64,000 bases of DNA, taken from Gammaproteobacteria bacterium (GTDB taxonomy: Bacteria > Pseudomonadota > Gammaproteobacteria > JAKEHO01). The position numbers were made by a program, and so were the translations under genes. The notes below the pieces were generated by a model. It saw nothing but the letters and a program-made list of their open reading frames with translations. It was not told the origin of the DNA and searched no databases. This document shows, one piece after another, positions 56,365 to 64,000 of the stretch (positions within the stretch are counted from its first letter, which is position 1; the number at the start of each line of letters is the position of its first letter). The stretch lies in the NCBI GenBank assembly GCA_022614965.1, contig JAKEHO010000067.1, positions 2,489 to 66,488 on the forward strand. The letters are read 5' to 3'.

Positions 56365-57723
56365 ATGCACACGCGATCTTTTCTTTTAGTCCCCCTCATC
56401 ACCGTGATCCTCACAGGCGCAGCTGCCGCCAAAGTGGATCTTGTCACGCTGCCTGAACGGGACCGGGTTCAATTGACGATTTACAACTCCGCCGACCTTA
56501 CACTCGTTCGCGAGGAACGAACCCTGACTTTAAAAAAGGGCATCAATCGCCTCGAGTTCGGCTGGGAAGGCACGCTCATTGATCCCACATCCGTTCAACT
56601 GAGAGCACCGAAGCATTCGGATCACGTGCGTTTACTTGAGGTTGCATTTCCCCCAAAGATAAAAGGAGCCGCTGTCTGGACCGTTGAGTCCGATGTCAAC
56701 GGCCCGGTCCCCGTTGAGATCTCATTCTTCACATCCGGCATCTCCTGGCGCGCGTTCTATATGGGCACATTGTCGGGCGATGAACAGACGATGCGGCTTC
56801 AGGGTTATGTGCGCGTAGAAAACCGAAGTGGCGAAGATTACGAGAACGCAGAAACCCGTGTGATCGTCGGCAAGATCCATCTGCTCGATGAGATCGCTGA
56901 GCTTGCCCGGCGAGAAACACCTTATGGTACGCCTGGATATCCGGAACCGCGCGGGCAAGGATTACTGATTACTGCCTCCGATGAACTTAAACAGAAAGCC
57001 TACAGCCAGATGGCCGCTGCCGAAGAGGCCGCTGATTACGCTGCGGCGACGAAATCAATTGTCAAGGAAGGGATGTCCGAGTATTTCCTTTATTCCATTG
57101 AGGGAACGGAATCCATACCGAACGGCTGGGGAAAGCGGTTACCATCGTTCGAGGTTGCTGCCGTGCCGGTAGAAAATCTCTTTCGATTTGAAGAAGAGCG
57201 TTATGGTTCCCTCGCCCACCGTCTTATCTATTTCCAGAACGATGAAGAGCATGAACTAGGCAAAGAACCACTGCCGGATGGAAAGATGAAAATCTTTCGC
57301 GACTTAGGGCAAGACTCTCACCTGAGCTATGTCGGCGAGGTCTACAACAAATACATCCCCATGCAACAAGATCTGGAACTCGACCTGGGCAACGCGACAG
57401 ATGTAAAAGTCGAGCCCATCCTCATGGCAGAACATACTGAGAATTATACCTTCAGTAATAAAGGAGACATTACCGGGTTTGATCGAATCCAGCTTTGGGA
57501 AATCGAACTCCAGAACAACCGGAACATCCCGATTCGAACAGAGGTATGGCGGAATCTATCCCATGCTCACTGGAAGATCGACAACAATGCAAGTAACAAA
57601 GGAACTTATGAGAAAGTCGATGTGGATTCCGCGAAATACGTACTTGATGTCGAACCCAATTCGGCGGTGCGCCTCAAGTACACCCTGACATTATACGAGG
57701 GCGACTGTCAATATCAGCGATAA
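56365..57723 (+). CDS. exported DUF4139-like protein (paralog 1)
   Basis: AAGGAG RBS, signal peptide, LTIYN..LVREER.L.L..G.N, GISW.A.Y, V.N.SGEDY, EPLPDG. Confidence 0.72.
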   Translation: MHTRSFLLVPLITVILTGAAAAKVDLVTLPERDRVQLTIYNSADLTLVREERTLTLKKGINRLEFGWEGTLIDPTSVQLRAPKHSDHVRLLEVAFPPKIKGAAVWTVESDVNGPVPVEISFFTSGISWRAFYMGTLSGDEQTMRLQGYVRVENRSGEDYENAETRVIVGKIHLLDEIAELARRETPYGTPGYPEPRGQGLLITASDELKQKAYSQMAAAEEAADYAAATKSIVKEGMSEYFLYSIEGTESIPNGWGKRLPSFEVAAVPVENLFRFEEERYGSLAHRLIYFQNDEEHELGKEPLPDGKMKIFRDLGQDSHLSYVGEVYNKYIPMQQDLELDLGNATDVKVEPILMAEHTENYTFSNKGDITGFDRIQLWEIELQNNRNIPIRTEVWRNLSHAHWKIDNNASNKGTYEKVDVDSAKYVLDVEPNSAVRLKYTLTLYEGDCQYQR

Positions 57724-57733
57724 GGAGAGATCG

Positions 57734-58870
57734 ATGAAACACTTAACGAGTTCGTTGGCCATAACAATCGTTGCAATACTACTCCAATCAGGCCCGGCGT
57801 ACGCCCGAATCAAGCTCGTGGCGCTTCCCGAACGCGAAAATACAGTGGTCCGACTTGACCACCCAACAGTAACCCTTGTAGAGGAAGAGCGCGTATTGAC
57901 ACTGCAAGAAGGGGTTAATCAGGTCGACTTCTCCTGGAACGGGGTGCATGTCGATCCCGACTCCATCCGGCTCGCTGTCCTAGATCATCCGGACGATGTG
58001 AAGCTCATCAATGTCAACTACCCACCCAATGCACAGGCCCTAGTCTGGGATATTCACAGCCGTAGTGCTCAGCAAGAACGCGTGCGTATTAGTTACCTGC
58101 TCGCAAATATTGACCGAGTCGTCTCCTATGAGATGGTGACGGATAAAGATGAAACACAGCTTAACCTCGATTCGTACCTTGTCTTACGCAACTTTTCCGG
58201 GGAAGCCCTGACTCATGTAAATTTTCGTCTCGACTATGGCGAAGCATTCGAAAAATCTATTGCGGACGGGGAAACCAAACGAATGCTTTTCCTTGAAGCA
58301 CCGGGACTTAATATCAAGAAACGCTTGACGTTTGATGCCGCTACCCAGCCCTGGGATCCTTCGAAACTTGACACCAACGTTGGAATTCCCGTGCATTATG
58401 AGATCGCCAACACCCCGGAAAACAGGCTCGGCAAGCATGCCTTATGGGGAGGCAAGGTCCGGCTTTTCCAGAAAGATACCCTTGGCAGCACAATATTCCT
58501 CGGCGAGGATAACGCGACATATACTCCGATAGGCCAGGACATGAAACTTTACATTGGCGATAGCCGCGATCTCGTAGTCACCCAGCGAAAGCTTCAAGAG
58601 AAACAGACGAACGTCAGGCGTAATCATAGGGATCACGTGATACTCTACGACAGTCTCGAAATCATGCAGGTAGAAGTTGCAAACTTTAAGGACAGAGATT
58701 CCACCATCACCGTTCTTGAGCCTATGCCAGGAGAATGGGAGATGATCAAGACGTCTCATCCATATGAACGTAAGAGTGCCAATAAGGTGGAATTTACAAT
58801 TGAGATCCCCGCAAAGGACAAAGTGACCCTGATCTATCACTACGTTCGCCAAAACGTCAGGCCGGTATGA
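57734..58870 (+). CDS. exported DUF4139-like protein (paralog 2)
   Basis: AAGGAG RBS, signal peptide ending AYA, N-terminus alignable by eye to paralog 1, GKVRLFQKD...FLGED. Confidence 0.72.
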   Translation: MKHLTSSLAITIVAILLQSGPAYARIKLVALPERENTVVRLDHPTVTLVEEERVLTLQEGVNQVDFSWNGVHVDPDSIRLAVLDHPDDVKLINVNYPPNAQALVWDIHSRSAQQERVRISYLLANIDRVVSYEMVTDKDETQLNLDSYLVLRNFSGEALTHVNFRLDYGEAFEKSIADGETKRMLFLEAPGLNIKKRLTFDAATQPWDPSKLDTNVGIPVHYEIANTPENRLGKHALWGGKVRLFQKDTLGSTIFLGEDNATYTPIGQDMKLYIGDSRDLVVTQRKLQEKQTNVRRNHRDHVILYDSLEIMQVEVANFKDRDSTITVLEPMPGEWEMIKTSHPYERKSANKVEFTIEIPAKDKVTLIYHYVRQNVRPV

Positions 58871-58878
58871 CGAACCCA

Positions 58879-58910
58879 GCCTGCCTGCCTACCGAGAGGT
58901 AAGCACAGGC
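58879..58910. terminator. GNRA-capped hairpin between convergent genes
   Basis: GCCTG-cc-TGCCTACC-GAGA-GGTAAGCA-CAGGC. Confidence 0.45.
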
Positions 58911-58995
58911 CGAAACCACTCAAGACATCTAAGTGGCAAGCTAAATGTTAGTCAGATGGCTGCAGCTCGCGACGTTTATTTGACGAGTAGTGGAA

Positions 58996-60399
58996 CTAGC
59001 CGCCTCTCTCCGCCCGATAATCACGCACAAAGCGGTCGATGATTGTCAAAATATCCCCGTTGAGCTGTTTGAGATCAGTCTCGCGAGCGTAGTTATTTAA
59101 TGCGTCGGTCCAGATCGCGGTGGAGCCGCGGGCGTTTTGGGTAACATTGACCGTTACCAAATACGAATAGACGCCTGTCGTAGTGTTGTAGTTCGCATGC
59201 AGCTTGATATCCATCAGAACAGCCATAGGCAAACCACTGGCTTTTTCATTGCTCTGCACAGTCAGCCCAGCGTCCTGCAAACGCTCAGTGATTTCATTCT
59301 TTAGACGCGTCTCATCGACACCGTACCGCCGATAGTTGTTACCGATCCCCGACATCTGGATAATGACCGTATCAGCGGATCCTAGGGTTACGAAAGCGAG
59401 TTTACCCTGCACCGGCTGCGTCGGCGCACTTTGCACTTCCCGTGATGCCGGATCGGCGGAGTGTAGCCGTCGTACCCCCTCCACGTGAGTATCTTTATTA
59501 GCTAATTGAACGGATTCTGATCGCAAAACGGCTTGCGTGGATCGCAACCGCTGAGGCAACTGTGCCTGCGTCGCAAACCGATCAAACTCTGGCCCCATCA
59601 AACCTTCGAGCCGCTCGATCCGTTCTCGCGGCGGCGGGTGGGTCTTGAACATGAGTGCAAATTCATTGTCCTGCGGATTGATGCCATTGAGCGTGACGAG
59701 AACGCCCACAAGACCATAGGGCACGTAGCCACCCCGCGTTGCGATCACCACGCCCATGCGATCCGCTTGAAACTCATCCTCCTTGTCCAAACCCCGGGCA
59801 TAGAGCTCCATACCGACGCCAATAAAAGGATCCAGGTTATATCCCGTTTGATCTGCGGCGATCCCCACCGCATCCGAAACAATTCCCGCCTGAGCGTTCT
59901 TCTTGATAGCTGCAATATGGTGCCGCTTGATCACGTGCGAGATCTCATGGGAGAGCACGCCGGCCAGCTCACCTTCGTCCCGTAACCGCAAAAATAATCC
60001 CTTCGTGATGAACACATAGCCACCCGGAACGGCGAATGCGTTCACATCGTCAGTCTCAAGTACACCAAAGCGCCAGGGTAACTCTGGACGCTCGGTCTGA
60101 AGGGCAAGCCACATCCCTACGTCATTGACGTAGTCCTGGACTGGCTGATTATCTACAAGCGGCGCAGCCCCAAGCAGCGTGGAAGCCAGGCCAGAACCAA
60201 TCGCCAATTCCTCCTGCTCGTCGATGGTGGTAAATGCGTACTGGCTCTTGCTCACGATCCCAGCCACCTTGTTGAGATCGAGGGTCGGGCCTCCTCCGGA
60301 TGCACAGCTGGCAATCATGAAACCGCATAGCGATGCCACAATTCCTACATAAACATGATCTCGCGTGCGCCCCTTTTCGAAAAATAAATGCATATTCAA
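58996..60399 (-). CDS. M48-family Zn metalloprotease lipoprotein with extra C-terminal domain
   Basis: Lipobox IASC, NAFAVPGG, HEISH, EFQAD, THPP, followed by about 170 additional residues. Confidence 0.85.
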   Translation of the reverse strand: MNMHLFFEKGRTRDHVYVGIVASLCGFMIASCASGGGPTLDLNKVAGIVSKSQYAFTTIDEQEELAIGSGLASTLLGAAPLVDNQPVQDYVNDVGMWLALQTERPELPWRFGVLETDDVNAFAVPGGYVFITKGLFLRLRDEGELAGVLSHEISHVIKRHHIAAIKKNAQAGIVSDAVGIAADQTGYNLDPFIGVGMELYARGLDKEDEFQADRMGVVIATRGGYVPYGLVGVLVTLNGINPQDNEFALMFKTHPPPRERIERLEGLMGPEFDRFATQAQLPQRLRSTQAVLRSESVQLANKDTHVEGVRRLHSADPASREVQSAPTQPVQGKLAFVTLGSADTVIIQMSGIGNNYRRYGVDETRLKNEITERLQDAGLTVQSNEKASGLPMAVLMDIKLHANYNTTTGVYSYLVTVNVTQNARGSTAIWTDALNNYARETDLKQLNGDILTIIDRFVRDYRAERGG

Positions 60400-60402
60400 G
60401 TG

Positions 60403-60975
60403 CTAGTGCTCGTCAGATTGCCGATCAGACGGCTCCAGATAATCCAACTTAGTCGCCTTCAGATCTGCGGTCTGAGCCAACCGGCTGGCCCGCTGTATGC
60501 TGCTTTTGTACTTGTCAAGCTTCGCATACTCTTCGGGGGCGGGCTTTGCCGCCGCAAGGTCAGCCTCATCCATCCCACGGATCCCAATAGTGGACGTCAC
60601 CTGCGGGCCATGTGGGCCGGGCTCACCGAACAGCATCCCTAGAAATCTGCTGAGGCCCGTCCCACCACCCTGTGGGGTCCGAGTGCCTTGCCCGCTCTGA
60701 CGCACATCATAAGTGCTGACCCAACCTTCATCTCCTCCGCCGTCAAGCACTCGAACGTGTAACCAAGCCGCCTTGCGCTCAAGGATTTCGACTTGGGTAT
60801 CCTTAGGGACTTGTGCGACGCTGGACGCATCCAAGTCGGGCGCCGTCTTGAGTTCGAGATCAAACAGGGTGACGCCGACCTCCCCGGCAGCAGACAGCGC
60901 CATGTTCACAAGGAAAGCCGCAGCGACGAGTAAGCGGATAAACCGACCCATGCGCGATTCAATGCAAAGGTTCAT
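60403..60975 (-). CDS. exported SH3-domain protein
   Basis: Signal peptide; LKTAPD....V..V.....V.ILER...W..V......GWV SH3_3-like pattern; C-terminal TSTIGIRG; ATGA overlap with mazG. Confidence 0.8.
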   Translation of the reverse strand: MNLCIESRMGRFIRLLVAAAFLVNMALSAAGEVGVTLFDLELKTAPDLDASSVAQVPKDTQVEILERKAAWLHVRVLDGGGDEGWVSTYDVRQSGQGTRTPQGGGTGLSRFLGMLFGEPGPHGPQVTSTIGIRGMDEADLAAAKPAPEEYAKLDKYKSSIQRASRLAQTADLKATKLDYLEPSDRQSDEH

Positions 60976-61802
60976 GCCCCTCCTTCACCATTGTAGCTCG
61001 CTGCGGAATCGGTGCCTAGTTGCTTGGCCTCTTCCCATAAGGCGTCCATTTCCTCGAGGCTCGCCCCTTGAATACGCTTACCGCGCTCTTCTAGAGCGCG
61101 CTCTATAAACCGGAATCGATGTTCAAATTTCGTGTTTGCCCGCCGCAAAGCGGTTTCCGGATCCACCTTTGCGTGTCGGGCAAGATTCACACAGGCAAAC
61201 AGGAGATCCCCCATCTCACCCATGACGCGATCCGGATCTGTGCCAAAACGGAACTCATGCCGCAACTCGTCAAGCTCCTCTTCAATCTTGGCAAGTACCG
61301 GTTTAACGTCGGACCAGTCAAAACCGACACGCGCCGCGCGCTGCTGCAGCTTCTTGGCCCTGGTCAATGCGGGAAATGCCTTGCCAACCCCGTCGAGCGT
61401 GCTGGCACCGCCATTTTGCGCCGCCCCCGCCTGACGCTCTCGCTCCTTATGGGCTTCCCATGCTGCAGCGTGGCGATCCGCGTCCTGGATGGGGGCATCT
61501 CGAAACACATGCGGATGGCGCGTGATGAGCTTATCCATGATACCTTCCACGACATCGTAAAATTCAAAATAGCCGGACTCTTGGGCCATTTGCGAGTGAA
61601 AGACGACCTGGAATAGTAGATCGCCTAGTTCATTTCGCAGATCCACCATTTCCCCACGTTCGACGGCATCAGCCACCTCATAGGCTTCCTCCAACGTATA
61701 TGGCACGATGGTCGCAAATGATTGTTGGCAATCCCAAGGACACCCCCGATCCGGGTCTCTGAGCCTTGCCATGATGTCGAGAAGTCTGCGAATACTTTCC
61801 AT
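60972..61802 (-). CDS. mazG: nucleoside triphosphate pyrophosphohydrolase MazG (two-domain)
   Basis: LRDP..GCPWD, EEAYEV, ELGDLLFQ, RHPHVF, GFDW, E.GDLLF, KF..RF. Confidence 0.95.
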   Translation of the reverse strand: MESIRRLLDIMARLRDPDRGCPWDCQQSFATIVPYTLEEAYEVADAVERGEMVDLRNELGDLLFQVVFHSQMAQESGYFEFYDVVEGIMDKLITRHPHVFRDAPIQDADRHAAAWEAHKERERQAGAAQNGGASTLDGVGKAFPALTRAKKLQQRAARVGFDWSDVKPVLAKIEEELDELRHEFRFGTDPDRVMGEMGDLLFACVNLARHAKVDPETALRRANTKFEHRFRFIERALEERGKRIQGASLEEMDALWEEAKQLGTDSAASYNGEGGA

Positions 61803-61972
61803 ACCGTACTCCAACATTAGCTATCTGCCGCCCGCGCTTTTGGCGTTAATGACTTGATTTTGTGCGCATTATCGCATACAACATGCATGGCTCGAAGGAG
61901 GTTTTGCGGGCGCGAGCCAAGAAAAAACTCGATTGAGTGTTCACTTTATGCCTAAATGAAGACAGTAAAAAA

Positions 61973-62545
61973 ATGCCACCGCTAATCTTACGTCTCGACT
62001 TAGCCGGCGCACCCGTCACGTGGATACCGTGGCAGGACGCAGTATGCCTTTATTGCAGGGATATGGTGGCCTGGACGGCGGGCGCCAGCGCGTTCACGTT
62101 TCGCGGTGGAATCTCGCGAATAACAGGGAGGCGTTCTTCCGTGACCGTGAATTCAATCATCGCCGTTAGGCGATCCTCCGTCCACAAACACGTAAAACGT
62201 ACCGTACCGCCGCTAACAAACCGCGAACTATTTTTGCGGGATGGCCACCTGTGCATGTATTGCGGTGGGGAGTTTCGAGAGGATCACCTAACGCGTGACC
62301 ATTTGATACCGATGTCACGTGGCGGCAAAGATCGATGGTCCAATGTCGTTACTACCTGCAGATCGTGCAATACCCGCAAGGGTAACCGCACGTCAGAAGA
62401 AGCGGGCATGAGCCTCGTCGCCGTGCCCTACGTTCCGAACTGGGCCGAGTATCTTGCGCTGTCAAACCGTCGCATCCTTGCAGATCAAATGGAGTTTCTA
62501 AAATCTCAGTTCACTGGAAGACGCAGGCTGTTCAATCTTCAGTAA
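61973..62545 (+). CDS. HNH endonuclease
   Basis: LFLRD...CMYCG...LTRDHLIP.S.GG...W.NVVT.C..CN..KG. Confidence 0.9.
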   Translation: MPPLILRLDLAGAPVTWIPWQDAVCLYCRDMVAWTAGASAFTFRGGISRITGRRSSVTVNSIIAVRRSSVHKHVKRTVPPLTNRELFLRDGHLCMYCGGEFREDHLTRDHLIPMSRGGKDRWSNVVTTCRSCNTRKGNRTSEEAGMSLVAVPYVPNWAEYLALSNRRILADQMEFLKSQFTGRRRLFNLQ

Positions 62546-62650
62546 CCCCTTTGGTCGGCTCAGCATTGAGTGTCCTTCGCGTAGAGCCACTACCCCCGCC
62601 GCAGCCTAATCCAGAAAGCCAATTCAGACACAGGTAATGGCGTTTTGACC

Positions 62651-63850
62651 ATGGATCGCCATTCGACATTCGGCCCAAGCGAACGCATGCAGGCGGTGCA
62701 AACGCCTATCATTCCAGTAGTGGGAGATCTCATTCGCCAACATCCGGGAACTATTTCACTAGGCCAAGGCGTCGCCTATTACGGTCCACCGAAGCCCGCC
62801 ATCGACCGAGTCCGTGATTTCCTGAGTTCAGCCCAGCACCACGAGTACGGTCCTACCTACGGTATTAAACCACTGGTCGACTTGATTAAAACCAAGCTTG
62901 AACGCGAAAACGGTATTACTGACGATGACGCATACCGAATTGTAGTTACGGCCGGGGCAAACATGGGCTTTCTCAATGCCCTGTTTGCGATAACCGATCC
63001 GGGAGACGAAATTATTGTGCCGTTGCCCTACTATTTTAACCAGGAGATGGCAATTGGCATGGTGAACTGCAAAGCAGTGTTGATTCCCACTGACGACAAC
63101 TACCAACCATCTCTGGAGCGTATTCGCGCAGCGATTACCGAGCGCACCCGTGCCGTCGTTTCAATCTCACCAAACAACCCGACGGGTGCCGTGTATCCGG
63201 AAGCTGTCCTTAGAGAGATCAACACTATTTGCCGTGAACAAGGAATCTATCATATCAGCGACGAGGCATATGAGAATTTTACCTATAACGGCGTAAAACA
63301 CTTTTCACCAGGAACCATCTCTGGTGCTGCGTCACATACCATTTCATTATTTTCACTTTCCAAGGCCTATGGGTTTGCAGGTTGGCGAATTGGATACATG
63401 GTGATACCTGAACAACTGTATATGTCGGTATTGAAAGTGCAAGATACGAATCTCATATGCCCTCCGGTTGTATCACAGTACGCGGCCGTTGGGGCATTAG
63501 AGGCAGGCTCTGAATACTGCCGCGAAAAATTAAAAACGATTGCGGAAGTACGCGGGATCATATTGAATGAGCTTGAGCCAGTGCGTCCATTCTGTAAAAT
63601 TCCCCCGCCGGACGGCGCGTTTTACCTGCTTATGAAGGTTCAGACAGAAATGAATGCGATGCGCGTCGTTGAACAGCTGATTAAGGAATATGGCGTTGCG
63701 GTGATACCAGGGGATACCTTCGGCATGCAGCAAGGATGTTACTTACGTGTTGCATTTGGTGCCCTGAATAAGGACACAGCGAGCCAAGGTATAAGGCGGC
63801 TTGTACGTGGGCTTAATGCGATCGTAGAAAAAAGGTCACAACGAAGTTGA
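62651..63850 (+). CDS. class I/II PLP-dependent aminotransferase
   Basis: SPNNPTG, SDEAY, SLSKAYGFAGWRIG, GAFY. Confidence 0.92.
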   Translation: MDRHSTFGPSERMQAVQTPIIPVVGDLIRQHPGTISLGQGVAYYGPPKPAIDRVRDFLSSAQHHEYGPTYGIKPLVDLIKTKLERENGITDDDAYRIVVTAGANMGFLNALFAITDPGDEIIVPLPYYFNQEMAIGMVNCKAVLIPTDDNYQPSLERIRAAITERTRAVVSISPNNPTGAVYPEAVLREINTICREQGIYHISDEAYENFTYNGVKHFSPGTISGAASHTISLFSLSKAYGFAGWRIGYMVIPEQLYMSVLKVQDTNLICPPVVSQYAAVGALEAGSEYCREKLKTIAEVRGIILNELEPVRPFCKIPPPDGAFYLLMKVQTEMNAMRVVEQLIKEYGVAVIPGDTFGMQQGCYLRVAFGALNKDTASQGIRRLVRGLNAIVEKRSQRS

Positions 63851-63875
63851 CGAATGCACGACCAGGAGATGCGAG

Positions 63876-64000
63876 ATGAAATCATGGGTTAGCATTATGG
63901 TTGCACTTTGGACGACAGCGATCGACTGTCACGCGATGGATTCCGACGGCAATTATGCCGTCTGGGGAGCTGGCAGAAGATCGTGTTACAACTACAACCA
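63876..64000 (+). CDS. exported hypothetical protein, 3'-truncated by window edge
   Basis: AGGAG RBS; MKSWVSIMVALWTTAIDCHAMDSDGNYAVWGAGRRSCYNYN stays open to the edge. Confidence 0.6.
   Translation, partial: MKSWVSIMVALWTTAIDCHAMDSDGNYAVWGAGRRSCYNYN

Noticed and set aside
60972-62545. mazG plus HNH nuclease as an anti-phage system
   Set aside because: MazG is the ordinary two-domain housekeeping form, the genes are divergent, and there is no defence-island or mobile context

Overview
This is a chromosomal window from a Gammaproteobacterium, judged by the ftsK-lolA-rarA-serS, aat-ate-infA, lolD/E-comEC-exbBD-lpxK-kdsB, efp-epmA/epmB, parE-parC and xseB-ispA-folE2 gene orders. Housekeeping blocks are interrupted by several accessory inserts. 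(i) A ~9 kb insert between trxB and the aat cluster carries a periplasmic type-I PQQ dehydrogenase with the lanthanide-type D-x-D signature, a diheme cytochrome c4, an exported ankyrin protein and a histone-deacetylase-family enzyme with a twin-arginine leader. (ii) A block with asnS and putA genes that look atypical for the host. (iii) A tandem pair of exported DUF4139-like paralogs converging on an SH3 protein plus an M48 protease with an extra C-terminal domain. Several lesions are readable base by base: an in-frame amber codon in a DUF482/FemAB-like gene, a 5-bp duplication frameshifting an SGNH-hydrolase gene, and a collapsed rubrerythrin/Fe-S oxidoreductase/DUF3501 operon. parE appears to start at CTG. 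I saw no rRNA, tRNA, CRISPR array, transposase or integrase. All family calls come from motif recognition by eye; no database search was run.
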